Below, one piece after another: positions 9,455 through 19,182 of a DNA stretch of 64,000 bases. The translations under genes and the position numbers were made by a program. Source of the DNA: an uncultured Muribaculaceae bacterium. GTDB taxonomy: Bacteria > Bacteroidota > Bacteroidia > Bacteroidales > Muribaculaceae. The stretch covers positions 16,271-80,270 of the forward strand of contig CANRCT010000003.1 in NCBI GenBank assembly GCA_947629175.1. Direction: 5' to 3'. Below the pieces are notes generated by a model. It had not been told where the DNA came from, did no database searches, and was given only the letters and a program-made list of their open reading frames with translations. How positions within the stretch are numbered: the first letter of the stretch is position 1; each line of letters starts with the position of its first letter.

Positions 9455-10159
9455 TCATTTCACTCTGAACATGTAGCCGAGCGATACTTCTATCGACGTG
9501 CATCGCGATGCCGAGAACGGATCACGCTTCTTGGACGAGAATATGCTTCCAAGACCGAAATAATAACGTCCTTCAAGCATAATGCTGTGGCGACGCGCTA
9601 TAACAAACTCCACGCCTGCTCCACCGAGAATACCGTAATCCATCTTGTTTTTCACCGGAAGAGCCATCTGCTCGGTCTCGCGATAATGGAAAGGAGAGTC
9701 GGGACCGGTGTCGGGATTCAGATAGTCAAAATTTGACGATATTGAACTTGAAAGCATGTAGCTGACCGACGGGCCGAGATTGACAAATCCTTTGACCTTT
9801 GAGCTCCCGAAGTAAATATGGCACAACACCGGAAGAGTAATATACGTGAGTTTGCGGTCATACTTCAGCGGGCCGTCCTCCTTTTCAAAACCCTCTTTCC
9901 ATCCGCGCTGCGTGATACATAGTTCGCCGATCAGACCAAAGATATTCTCCTCCGTATAACGGACAGTCATGCCGGCCGTGACGCCCTGCACGAGCGCCTG
10001 CTTGACATGAGGCGAAAACTGCATGCTTGAGAATGTGGCGCCGGCCTTTCCGCCAAGATAAAGTTTGGGCTCATACTGACGCTGGGCCGAAGCTCCGGCA
10101 GTCATCACAATGACTGATATCACCACAGCTGATATTCTGACAAACAGATGCTTCATCAT
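9455..10159 (-). CDS. Outer-membrane beta-barrel protein (PorT/porin family)
   Basis: Signal peptide, alternating beta-strand pattern, YITLPVL, LEGRYYFGL and C-terminal aromatic strand LGYMFRVK. Confidence 0.75.
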   Translation of the reverse strand: MMKHLFVRISAVVISVIVMTAGASAQRQYEPKLYLGGKAGATFSSMQFSPHVKQALVQGVTAGMTVRYTEENIFGLIGELCITQRGWKEGFEKEDGPLKYDRKLTYITLPVLCHIYFGSSKVKGFVNLGPSVSYMLSSSISSNFDYLNPDTGPDSPFHYRETEQMALPVKNKMDYGILGGAGVEFVIARRHSIMLEGRYYFGLGSIFSSKKRDPFSASRCTSIEVSLGYMFRVK

Positions 10160-12255
10160 AGTGAAATCTTATCTATCAGCCCACTGGGACGGAAATTAAT
10201 CAGATAGAGTTCATTGTTGACCCAACCCCCGTCAGGCATTTTTATAAAGTTGAAACCGTTCTGGATTCCCGAATGCCGGAGCGGGTTATCCGCCCAGCGG
10301 GAACTCAACCAATTAATAAGAAACATTCCGGTATCGAAACCGAATGTTCCCTGACGCGGCACGAAATTTGCCATCTCGGATCCATACCAGCGGACAAAAT
10401 TCTCGTCGACTCCCCTTACAGCCGGATCATCAGGCACTGTATAGAAGCGTGAGAACACAACGGTATTCAGTTTATGCATATTGACAAGTGTCTCGCCGCG
10501 GAACGTGATCCATTCAGGATATCCGAAAATCCTTACAGGATCAGGCTGACCGGATCTCTCGCGGAATTCCGCGACTGCGCCGGTCAGACGATTGAGCTCG
10601 GCCTGACGTCCGCTCACGGGGATGAACACGTAGTTTCCTTCCGGATCCAGTTCGGCAAGATCCGAAAGCTTCAGGATGTTATCGAAAGTGACCTGATGAT
10701 ATTTTTTCCCCTCGCTGTCAAGACGACGCCGAAGAGCCGCGATAAACTCGGCCTTGTCATCGGGCGATTCGCTATGACTCACTATCACCGGCGTATAATC
10801 CCTGTAATTGTCAAGCAGGCCGCCGATAGCCTTGTCATACATCATCATGTGAGGTATATTGCCCTGCATCATAGCCGGATTACTGCGGAAGGATGTATCT
10901 TTGACCACAAACAGGTTCAACACTTTCCCACCACTGACACGGGCATAGTTGCCCAGCATGGCGAGCTGTGTCTCATCGTCAGGAGCAACGATTACATCGG
11001 CCTTCGTCAGCAACGAGTCGCCAAGAAGCGATCCTACCCGCATAGCCGAACCCTCTGTGTCAAATACATGTATATTGATAGGAGTGCCGCATCGGCGCAT
11101 CGTGTCCACAGCGAGAAGAAATCCTTTGTAGAACTCCGTATAAAGCTGCGCTTTCTTGGGCTGTTCGGGTTGATTGAGCATGAGCGGCAACACGAGGGCC
11201 ACATTGACTCCAGGAAGCTTCTCCTGCTCCACAACCGCTGTCATAGTATCATTATCGAGGGGTGCCATGGTAGGATCTACGACCACATTCCCATCATCTC
11301 CGTCGGGCTGACACTCCTCGGGCTTCGTCATGGAAACAGATCCATTGAGGGGGATATTGAGAATCATGCCCTCCTCAAGCACTCCCACCTCAGGATTGGC
11401 TTTCTCAAGCTGTTCGATGGTCAGGCCATGGGCGTGGGCGATGGAATAGAATGTCTCTTTGTTTTTCACCCGGTAACGGCCCATCGCCTTTTCATCCACA
11501 TCCGATCCATCCGACACCTCCGTCACATCTTTCACATCCGCCACATCCGATCCATCCGGTGCCGCCACTGCCGGAACCTGTATGGTCTGTCCGGCTTCAT
11601 AATGGTTCTCGTCAAGCCCAGGATTAAGCGCAAGAAGATTGCTTACTGTTGTATTATGGTTGACGGCGATACGATACAGGCTCTCTTTCTCCCCTATACG
11701 GTAAGGAACCGTCGCTGCTGTAGCCGAGGAGGGCTCTAACGTAGTCATAGTGCCTGATGCCTTCCAGCCCGGAGCAGAAGGGAGCGATGTAGCGGGGAGC
11801 GGTGCCTCGTCAACTTCAGATGATGCCTCTCCGGGACGATATGAGGGATCACTGACTATTAGCACCTGATCCTTGCGTATACCGTCACGTGCCTGCGGAT
11901 TCCACTGGATAAGCTGATCGGTGGTGATGCCATACTGGCGTGCGATGCCATATATTGTCTCCTTGGATTTTACCGTATGACGTCTGGGTTGCCATGACGA
12001 CGCTTCAATAGGGAAATACAACGTCTGGCCTGCCCTCAGACCATCTCTGACCGAAGGGTTGGCCTTCTCTATATCCTCACGTGAAATCTGTAGTTTGCGC
12101 GCGATTGAATACACCGTCTCGCCCTGCGACACCTCATAATAATGACAGTCACGGCCATTGACCTGCTTTACAGGTAGATTGTCGATACCATCGGAAGCTA
12201 AAGCGGCAAAGGCCATCATTGCGGCTGTCGCTAAATATATCAGTCGTCTGTTCAT
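10156..12255 (-). CDS. Multi-LysM peptidoglycan-binding protein with C-terminal periplasmic-binding-protein-like domain
   Basis: Four LysM repeats (YEVSQGETVYSIA, HTVKSKETIYGIA, YRIGEKESLYRIA, YRVKNKETFYSIA), then NVALVLPL...EFYKGFLLAVD. Confidence 0.88.
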   Translation of the reverse strand: MNRRLIYLATAAMMAFAALASDGIDNLPVKQVNGRDCHYYEVSQGETVYSIARKLQISREDIEKANPSVRDGLRAGQTLYFPIEASSWQPRRHTVKSKETIYGIARQYGITTDQLIQWNPQARDGIRKDQVLIVSDPSYRPGEASSEVDEAPLPATSLPSAPGWKASGTMTTLEPSSATAATVPYRIGEKESLYRIAVNHNTTVSNLLALNPGLDENHYEAGQTIQVPAVAAPDGSDVADVKDVTEVSDGSDVDEKAMGRYRVKNKETFYSIAHAHGLTIEQLEKANPEVGVLEEGMILNIPLNGSVSMTKPEECQPDGDDGNVVVDPTMAPLDNDTMTAVVEQEKLPGVNVALVLPLMLNQPEQPKKAQLYTEFYKGFLLAVDTMRRCGTPINIHVFDTEGSAMRVGSLLGDSLLTKADVIVAPDDETQLAMLGNYARVSGGKVLNLFVVKDTSFRSNPAMMQGNIPHMMMYDKAIGGLLDNYRDYTPVIVSHSESPDDKAEFIAALRRRLDSEGKKYHQVTFDNILKLSDLAELDPEGNYVFIPVSGRQAELNRLTGAVAEFRERSGQPDPVRIFGYPEWITFRGETLVNMHKLNTVVFSRFYTVPDDPAVRGVDENFVRWYGSEMANFVPRQGTFGFDTGMFLINWLSSRWADNPLRHSGIQNGFNFIKMPDGGWVNNELYLINFRPSGLIDKISL
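11496..11558. repeat. Intragenic 18-bp direct repeat in the LysM linker
   Basis: CCACATCCGATCCATCCG at 11496-11513 and 11541-11558, encoding DGSDV twice. Confidence 0.8.
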
Positions 12256-12323
12256 GCGTAATTTGTCAGTGTTGGATTGATTCGATTGGCAAAGTTACGC
12301 ATTTTTTGACTAATTTTGCGCTC

Positions 12324-12878
12324 ATGACACAATTCAATCCGCTCCAGACCATAAAACGTCGTTTTTTTGCCATGCGCAACGGCATAGTCTCCGACACTCT
12401 GCGCAAGGCGGGATCGCCTTACCGCATAATTTTCGGCCTCAACCTGCCCCAACTGGCGGAAATAGCGCGTGAGACCGGACGCGATGAGACTATGGCTGCC
12501 ATCCTTCGCGCTGACGACCATACACGTGAGAGCCAGCTCATGGCGCCCATGCTTGCCGATCCGTCAACGATCAGCCATCGCGAAGCGACGCAATGGGCTG
12601 ATGCGATGACGTCGGCCGAGGCCATCGACGTGCTTTGCCTCAAACTCCTCAAGCATATGCCTGATCCGGTAACTACGGCCGTCGAATGGGCGTCATCCGC
12701 ACCAGACGCCGAGCATCCACTGCGCCAATATGCCGGCGTAAGACTGATGTGGAATCTCATACCGCTGCATTCGGCGGTCATACGCCCGGTAGCTGCCAAA
12801 GTCGCGGAAGGCGACGGAGCCACCGCAGCGCTTGCCTCACGTCTGGTAGAGGAAATTGATTTTCTCGCAGGAGCCTGA
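12324..12878 (+). CDS. DNA alkylation repair enzyme family (AlkD-like HEAT repeat) protein
   Basis: FFAMRNGIVSDTLRKAG...IFGLNLPQL...RESQLMAPML resembles the Bacteroidales family; ATG 12324 follows TAATTTTG. Confidence 0.7.
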   Translation: MTQFNPLQTIKRRFFAMRNGIVSDTLRKAGSPYRIIFGLNLPQLAEIARETGRDETMAAILRADDHTRESQLMAPMLADPSTISHREATQWADAMTSAEAIDVLCLKLLKHMPDPVTTAVEWASSAPDAEHPLRQYAGVRLMWNLIPLHSAVIRPVAAKVAEGDGATAALASRLVEEIDFLAGA

Positions 12879-12888
12879 AAGATTACCG

Positions 12889-13806
12889 TCAACCCTTTCT
12901 GGCGCCAAGGCGGTCGCCGGCTATCACGCCTGCGAGAATCAGAACGCAACCGACACATCCGATCACTGACACCGCCTCGCCGAGCATGACAGCCGACAGG
13001 ACAAGAGTGACGATAGGAGAAAAATACATGTAATTGCCTGAAGTCACAGCACCCAGACCTTTCACTGCCTGCCCCCAGAGCAGATAGGCGATCATGGAGC
13101 AGAACAGGCCGAGAAACAGCAGATTGTAAAGAATCTCGGCATCGAGCATCTGTGCCAGAGGGAAGTGATGTTTTTCCATCACGAAAAACGGCAATGCCGT
13201 GACCACGCCGTAAAAAAAAGTCTTGCGGGTGATGAACCAACTGCTGTAGACTGTGCTAAGAGGCCTGAGGATTATTGAGTAGACCGCCCAACATACAGCA
13301 GCCAGAAGGGCGAGCATATCACCCAGAGGATTGACCTGCAGATTCATGCTCGAATTAAAAATCACACAGCCCACGCCGGTGAGCGCCACCAGCGAACCGA
13401 TTATCATAGGCTTCGAAATGCGTTCGGTTTTATAAAGCAGAGCTACCAGCATTACCGTGAGGAGCGGCGATGTCGATACAAGGAGTGATACATTGCTCAC
13501 GAGCGTATACGTCACGGCAGTATTCTCGGCGATAAAATAGACCGATCCGCCACAAATGCCACACAGCGCGAACTTCAATTCATCGCGTACAGAGTCGGAC
13601 AACAATGGCCGGGGACAGAAAAGCAATGTGCATAAATATGCTAAAATGAAACGATATATGTAAATCTCCACCGCAGTCATGCCGTGCTGGAGCAAAACCT
13701 TCGTGGAAATAAACGATGCGCCCCACGCACTGACTGCAATCAGAGCGCCCAAGTGATATACGATATTAGGACGCTGTTCTCTGCGGTCTTTATTGAAAAA
13801 TGCCAT
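12889..13806 (-). CDS. EamA/DMT family transporter
   Basis: About ten hydrophobic segments in two repeats; WGASFISTK, LGDMLALLA and YFSPIVT motifs. Confidence 0.9.
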   Translation of the reverse strand: MAFFNKDRREQRPNIVYHLGALIAVSAWGASFISTKVLLQHGMTAVEIYIYRFILAYLCTLLFCPRPLLSDSVRDELKFALCGICGGSVYFIAENTAVTYTLVSNVSLLVSTSPLLTVMLVALLYKTERISKPMIIGSLVALTGVGCVIFNSSMNLQVNPLGDMLALLAAVCWAVYSIILRPLSTVYSSWFITRKTFFYGVVTALPFFVMEKHHFPLAQMLDAEILYNLLFLGLFCSMIAYLLWGQAVKGLGAVTSGNYMYFSPIVTLVLSAVMLGEAVSVIGCVGCVLILAGVIAGDRLGARKG

Positions 13807-14072
13807 TTAGGTAATGATATCAGTCGATAAAAGTCGGTTGATCGTTATTGACTGCAAATATAGCCAAAATTTATGAAAGAATCATAGAATTTCTACCGTT
13901 TCTTTTCAGGGATTACCATATTGCAGGTTCGTTGCAGTCATTCTGCCGATCTCATTGACACATTTCCTAAACCAACGGGAGGCGATATGTGTTCTTTCAC
14001 TATAAAAGTTGAATTTTTTTCTTAACTTTGTGGACTAATTCAGATATGTGAAATTTAATTAAATTCTGAAAA

Positions 14073-14783
14073 ATGAAAAAGACACTGAAAATCATGAGCG
14101 CAGGCCTTATGGCTATATGCCTTCTGGTAAGCTCCGGATGCAGCAGTATGAACAACACCGGTAAGGGAGCCCTCATCGGCGGTGGCGGCGGAGCTGCCCT
14201 CGGCGCAGGTCTCGGCGCCATAATCGGCGGAGGCAAGGGCGCGGCCATAGGCAGCGCGATCGGTGCGGGCGTAGGCGCAGGCGCCGGTGCCCTTATCGGC
14301 AAGAAGATGGACAAGCAGCAGGCTGAACTGCAGCGTGAGCTTGCCGAAAAAGCCAAGGTCGAAGAGGTACAGGATCAGAACGGCCTGCAGGCGATCAAGG
14401 TCACATTCAGCTCGGGCATACTTTTCCCGACCAATGGCACCACTCTCAGCATGTCGGCCCGTAACGATCTGACCCCGTTCGCGACATCGCTCATCAACAA
14501 TCCGGAGACCAACGTACAGATCTACGGTTTCACCGACGACACCGGCTCGATGGAAGTGAACACCCGCGTGGCCGACGGACGTGCCAACGCTGTACGCCAG
14601 TTCCTGCTCAACAGCGGAGTCGCTGCCAACCGTCTGACTGCTGAAGGAATACCGATGGCCGACTACGTAGCATCAAACGCCACGCCCGAAGGACGACAGC
14701 AGAACCGCCGCGTGGAGATCTACATCACCGCCAGCAAGCAGATGATCCAGCAGGCCGAGGCAGGCACGCTCTCGATGCGCTGA
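14073..14783 (+). CDS. OmpA-family lipoprotein with glycine-zipper domain
   Basis: Lipobox VSSGC, Gly-zipper GALIGGGGGAALGAGLGAIIG, OmpA-C motifs ILFPTNG, GFTDDTG, RANAV and NRRVEI. Confidence 0.92.
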   Translation: MKKTLKIMSAGLMAICLLVSSGCSSMNNTGKGALIGGGGGAALGAGLGAIIGGGKGAAIGSAIGAGVGAGAGALIGKKMDKQQAELQRELAEKAKVEEVQDQNGLQAIKVTFSSGILFPTNGTTLSMSARNDLTPFATSLINNPETNVQIYGFTDDTGSMEVNTRVADGRANAVRQFLLNSGVAANRLTAEGIPMADYVASNATPEGRQQNRRVEIYITASKQMIQQAEAGTLSMR

Positions 14784-14806
14784 TCACTGATAGATAATCT
14801 ATATTC

Positions 14807-14844
14807 AAGGGCCACCGTCGATTTTCGTGTCGATGATGGCCCTT
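14807..14844. terminator. Probable bidirectional terminator between ompA and ABC-F
   Basis: Imperfect hairpin AAGGGCCACCGTCGA/TCGATGATGGCCCTT between convergent genes. Confidence 0.55.
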
Positions 14845-14853
14845 GGTGTTTCA

Positions 14854-16728
14854 TCAGGCTTTTTCAGAGAGCTCAAGCCAGCGCATCTCCTTTTCGTCGA
14901 GCTCGCCGAGCAGCGTCTGGTATCGTGCGGAGGCTTTCGCTATCTCATCGGCCGGGGCGCCCGAGTTGAACAGAGCCTCAAGCGAGGATTTCTCGGCGTT
15001 TAGAGCTTCGAGCTCACCCTCCAGAGCTTCAAATTCGCGCCGCTCCTTGTAGGTTAGTTTCTGCTTTTCGGGGGCGGAGCGCTGTTTCTCCTTCGCCGGC
15101 TCTTCCGCAGCTTTGATATCAGCCGCGGCTTCGCGCTCGCGCCGGTCATTGTATTCACGCCATTCGGTGTAGTTGCCGGGGAAATCATAGACCTCTCCTG
15201 TCCCGTCGAGCACAAATATGTGGTCGACTATCGAATCAAGGAAGAATCGGTCGTGGCTTATCACGATCAGGCATCCCTTGAACTCCGCGAGACAATCCTC
15301 CAGTATGCCGAGCGTCATGATGTCAAGATCATTAGTCGGCTCATCGAGAATCAGGAAGTTGGGCGAACGCATCAGCACCGTCGCAAGCTGCAGCCTGCAC
15401 CGCTCTCCACCGCTCAGGGTGCGTATATACTTCTGCTGATCGGCAGGCTCGAAGAGAAACCGTTTCAGCCACTGCATGGGCGAATATCGCGCCCCGCCGT
15501 CGTTGACACTCACCTCCTCCGCGTAGTCAGTGATGGCATCGATCACCTTCTTGTCAGGATCAAACTCCATCCCCTCCTGACTATAGTAGCCGAAACGCAC
15601 TGTCTCGCCGACATTCCATTTTCCTCCGTCCTGGGCCACGAGCCCCATGAGCATCTTTATGAAAGTCGATTTCCCGGCGCCGTTGCGGCCTATGATGCCG
15701 AGTTTCTCATAGCGGGCGAAGACATAGGAGAAGTCGCGGAGTATCACCTTTTCGCCGAAACGCTTCGAGATGTGCTCGGCCTCGAAAATCTTCGATCCGA
15801 TATATGAAGAGTCTACATCGAGATTCACCTGTCGCTCCGAAAGATTGACCATCGACCGCTTGCGCAGGTCATGGTAGGCGTCTATGCGGTATTTTGCCTT
15901 GCCGGCACGCGCCTGAGGCTGACGCCGCATCCACTCGGTCTCGCGGCGCAGAGTGTTGCGCACGCGGTCGAGTTCGGCCGCCATCGCCTCGTAGCGCTCT
16001 TCGCGACGGCGCAGATAATATTCAAAGTTTCCGTCATAAGAGAACAGTTCCTGGCGGTCGATCTCTATGATGCGGTTGCACACACGGTCGAGGAAATATC
16101 GGTCGTGGGTGACCATCAGCAGCGTGGCCCTCGATTTCGTCAGATATGCTTCGAGCCACTCTATGACATCAAGATCGAGATGATTGGTAGGTTCGTCGAG
16201 GATCAGCAACGAAGGATCGTCGAGCAACGTGGCCGCAAATGCCACGCGCTTGCGCTGACCGCCAGAGAGATGATCCATCATCTCGTCGGGATTGTCGATC
16301 CGCAGCTGCGCGAGCAGCTGGGTCAGGCGATCCTCATAGTCCCATGCCGATGTCTCATCCATACGATGCGTTGCATCGGCGACTGCCTGGTCATCGCCTG
16401 TCAAAAGCGCCCTGCGGTATCCCCCCACGGCTCTTGCGGCAGGAGTGTCGGCGAGCAGACAGGCTTCGAGCACGGTAGTGTCCGGCGCATACTCCGGCAG
16501 CTGAGGCAGATAGCCTATACGCAGCCCGCTGCGGGCCGTGACTGTGCCGCTGTCGGGCGCCTCTTCCCCGGCTATAATACGCAGCATGGTCGATTTGCCG
16601 GTGCCGTTTTTGGCCACAATGCCTATCTTGTCGCCTTCGTTGATGCCGAACGTCACATCGGCGAAGAGCATACGGTCGCCATAACTTTTGGTAAGACCCT
16701 CTATCTGCAGAAATGAATTAATTGCCAT
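14854..16728 (-). CDS. ABC-F family ATPase (Uup-like)
   Basis: Two ABC cassettes (KNGTGKS/LSGGQ and RNGAGKS/LSGGE), no TM segments, C-terminal coiled coil ending RWLELSE. Confidence 0.93.
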   Translation of the reverse strand: MAINSFLQIEGLTKSYGDRMLFADVTFGINEGDKIGIVAKNGTGKSTMLRIIAGEEAPDSGTVTARSGLRIGYLPQLPEYAPDTTVLEACLLADTPAARAVGGYRRALLTGDDQAVADATHRMDETSAWDYEDRLTQLLAQLRIDNPDEMMDHLSGGQRKRVAFAATLLDDPSLLILDEPTNHLDLDVIEWLEAYLTKSRATLLMVTHDRYFLDRVCNRIIEIDRQELFSYDGNFEYYLRRREERYEAMAAELDRVRNTLRRETEWMRRQPQARAGKAKYRIDAYHDLRKRSMVNLSERQVNLDVDSSYIGSKIFEAEHISKRFGEKVILRDFSYVFARYEKLGIIGRNGAGKSTFIKMLMGLVAQDGGKWNVGETVRFGYYSQEGMEFDPDKKVIDAITDYAEEVSVNDGGARYSPMQWLKRFLFEPADQQKYIRTLSGGERCRLQLATVLMRSPNFLILDEPTNDLDIMTLGILEDCLAEFKGCLIVISHDRFFLDSIVDHIFVLDGTGEVYDFPGNYTEWREYNDRREREAAADIKAAEEPAKEKQRSAPEKQKLTYKERREFEALEGELEALNAEKSSLEALFNSGAPADEIAKASARYQTLLGELDEKEMRWLELSEKA

Positions 16729-16825
16729 ATGACAAAATTACACATTTTTTGCCGGGGCGTGAAATTTTTTGCGCGAGCATGCGTCAAATGAAAAGAAAGT
16801 GATAAATTTGAACAAATTTTAAGCA

Positions 16826-17758
16826 ATGGACAATATCCTTGAAGTTATCGGTGTCAGCAAGAATTACACCGGCCACAAGGCTCTTGACGACGTCAGCATC
16901 AACATCGCGCGCGGCACGGTGTATGGTCTGCTGGGGCCCAACGGAGCCGGGAAGACCACTCTCATACGCATCATCAACCATATCACTGCCCCCGACAGCG
17001 GCACGGTGATGTTCGACGGCCATACCCTCACGGCGGCCGACGTCAGCCAGATCGGCTATCTTCCCGAAGAGCGCGGCCTCTACAAGAAGATGAAAGTCGG
17101 CGAGCAGGCCATTTTCTTCGCGCGCCTCAAAGGGCTGTCGAAAGCCGACGCCACGACCCAGCTCAAACGGTGGTTTGAGAAATTCGGCATTTCCGACTGG
17201 TGGGACAAAAAAGTTGAAGAGCTTTCAAAAGGCATGGCGCAGAAAGTGCAGTTCATAGTCACCGTGCTCCACCGCCCGAAACTGCTCATCTTCGACGAGC
17301 CTTTCTCCGGCTTCGACCCGATCAACGCCAATCTGCTCAAACAGGAGATACTTCAGCTCCGCGACGAAGGAAGCACCATCATCTTCTCCACCCACAACAT
17401 GGGATCTGTGGAAGAGATCTGCTCCGACATAACGCTCATCAACAAGGGGCAGAACATACTGACGGGCAATGTCGACGAGCTGCGCCACCGTTTCAGCGAC
17501 GGTCGGTGCTCCCTGACATTTACCGGCGATCCGCGTCAGCTGATGGAGCAACTCAAACCCATGGCAAGCGAATTCTTCCTCGACGAGCCCAAAGGCGACG
17601 AGCAGCGTCTGGAACTCAAGCTCGCCCCCGGCGCCATGCTTCGCGATGTCATTGCCGCAGCCAACGAATCGACCGATCTTATAGAAGTGGGCCGGGTGAT
17701 GGCATCAATGAACGACATATTCATCAAGACAGTAAAACAAAACGAAAACAACGACTGA
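16826..17758 (+). CDS. ABC-2 transporter ATP-binding protein (NatA-like)
   Basis: GPNGAGKT, LSKGMAQK, DEPFSG and STHNM motifs. Confidence 0.92.
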   Translation: MDNILEVIGVSKNYTGHKALDDVSINIARGTVYGLLGPNGAGKTTLIRIINHITAPDSGTVMFDGHTLTAADVSQIGYLPEERGLYKKMKVGEQAIFFARLKGLSKADATTQLKRWFEKFGISDWWDKKVEELSKGMAQKVQFIVTVLHRPKLLIFDEPFSGFDPINANLLKQEILQLRDEGSTIIFSTHNMGSVEEICSDITLINKGQNILTGNVDELRHRFSDGRCSLTFTGDPRQLMEQLKPMASEFFLDEPKGDEQRLELKLAPGAMLRDVIAAANESTDLIEVGRVMASMNDIFIKTVKQNENND

Positions 17759-17759
17759 T

Positions 17760-19076
17760 ATGGCAAACAACATAATGCTCGTCATCCGGCGCGAATTTCT
17801 CGAACGGGTCAAGAAAAAGAGCTTCATCATCACAACAATACTAATGCCCGTGCTCATGCTCGCCATGATGGCCGCCCCTGCGCTCATCATGATGGTGAGC
17901 GGCAGCGAGGAGCGCGACATCACCGTCATCGACGAAACCGGCATGATCGGCTCCAGGCTGCAGAGCGACAAGGAGACGCACTTCAACAATCTCGCCGCCA
18001 CTCCCCTCGACTCGGCCCTGGCCGATACCGACGTATCCGGCGTGCTGTATATCCCGGCAGGAACGATGGACGGCAAAGCCACTCCGCGTCTCTACACCAA
18101 CGGATCATCGTCGATGTCGCTTGAGAGCAACGTCACATCGCAGATCAATGATATAATAGAGGACGAACGGCTCAAACAATATGACATAGAGAATCTCGAC
18201 AAGATACTCGAAGAGGTGCACAGCGACGTGAAGCTCATGAGCATCCGCAACGACCGCGAGGAAGGAGAGGCGCAGTCGGCATCGGCCACTGTCAGCTATC
18301 TGATAGGCATCATACTGACCTTCCTGCTCTACATGTGTCTGCTGCTCTACGGCCAGATGGTGATGACCAGCATCATCGAGGAGAAAAACAACCGCGTGCT
18401 CGAGATCGTGATATCATCCGTCAAGCCCACTCATCTCATGCTCGGCAAGATCTGCGGCATAGGACTCGTGGCCGTCACCCAGATACTGATATGGGGAGTG
18501 CTGATAGCCGCTATGTCGGCGTTCGTGCTTCCGGCTCTGATACCCGACGCAGCCTTGAGTGAAATGGCAGCCCTCAACGCCGGCACCCTCGACGCGTCGA
18601 GTGCCTCGATGGACATGGAGGTGCTTCAGGCAATGACGCTGATGAGCAATGTTGGCTACATACTTCAGCTCTTCGGCCTCCTGATACTCTTCCTTATCGG
18701 AGGCTTCCTGCTCTACGCAGCTATCTATGCAGCCATCGGCTCGGCCGTCGACAACATTCAGGACGCAAGCCAGCTCCAGTCGTTCGTCATCTTCCCGATA
18801 ATCATAGGCATCATCTTCGGCATGACCGCCGCCGGCGACGCCTCCTCTCCGGCCGCCCTTTGGACATCGTTCATACCCTTCACCTCACCGATGGTGATGA
18901 TGGCCCGCGTGCCCTCGGGCATACCGATGTGGGAAGTCTGGGTATCCCTGGCGATACTCTACGCGAGCTTCCTCGCTATGGTATGGATCGCAGCCAAGAT
19001 CTACCGCGTGGGCATCTTCATGTACGGCAAGAAACCCACCTTCAAGGATCTCATCCGCTGGGCCCGCTACAAATAA
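17760..19076 (+). CDS. ABC-2 transporter permease (NatB-like)
   Basis: REFLERVKKKSF N-terminus, IIEEKNNRVLEI and PFTSPMVMMAR motifs; 1 nt after the ATPase stop. Confidence 0.9.
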   Translation: MANNIMLVIRREFLERVKKKSFIITTILMPVLMLAMMAAPALIMMVSGSEERDITVIDETGMIGSRLQSDKETHFNNLAATPLDSALADTDVSGVLYIPAGTMDGKATPRLYTNGSSSMSLESNVTSQINDIIEDERLKQYDIENLDKILEEVHSDVKLMSIRNDREEGEAQSASATVSYLIGIILTFLLYMCLLLYGQMVMTSIIEEKNNRVLEIVISSVKPTHLMLGKICGIGLVAVTQILIWGVLIAAMSAFVLPALIPDAALSEMAALNAGTLDASSASMDMEVLQAMTLMSNVGYILQLFGLLILFLIGGFLLYAAIYAAIGSAVDNIQDASQLQSFVIFPIIIGIIFGMTAAGDASSPAALWTSFIPFTSPMVMMARVPSGIPMWEVWVSLAILYASFLAMVWIAAKIYRVGIFMYGKKPTFKDLIRWARYK

Positions 19077-19108
19077 ACGACGCAACCGCTCAATCCAACA
19101 TGCAACCT

Positions 19109-19159
19109 CACTCCCTCTGGCAGTCAGAAACGACCGCCGGCGGGAGTGTGGTTTTGTTT
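19109..19159. terminator. Probable terminator between the permease and GNAT
   Basis: CACTCCC...GGGAGTG stem with inner pairing, followed by a T-rich tract. Confidence 0.5.
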
Positions 19160-19182
19160 ATCATCTGTAGCAGGCGCGTTCT

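Noticed and set aside
11496-11558. 18-bp repeats in the LysM gene as a mini-CRISPR or contingency locus
   Set aside because: Two in-frame copies encoding a linker; no array structure or cas genes.
14052-14065. Palindrome AATTTAATTAAATT in the ompA leader
   Set aside because: A/T-only sequence within an AT-rich UTR; likely chance.
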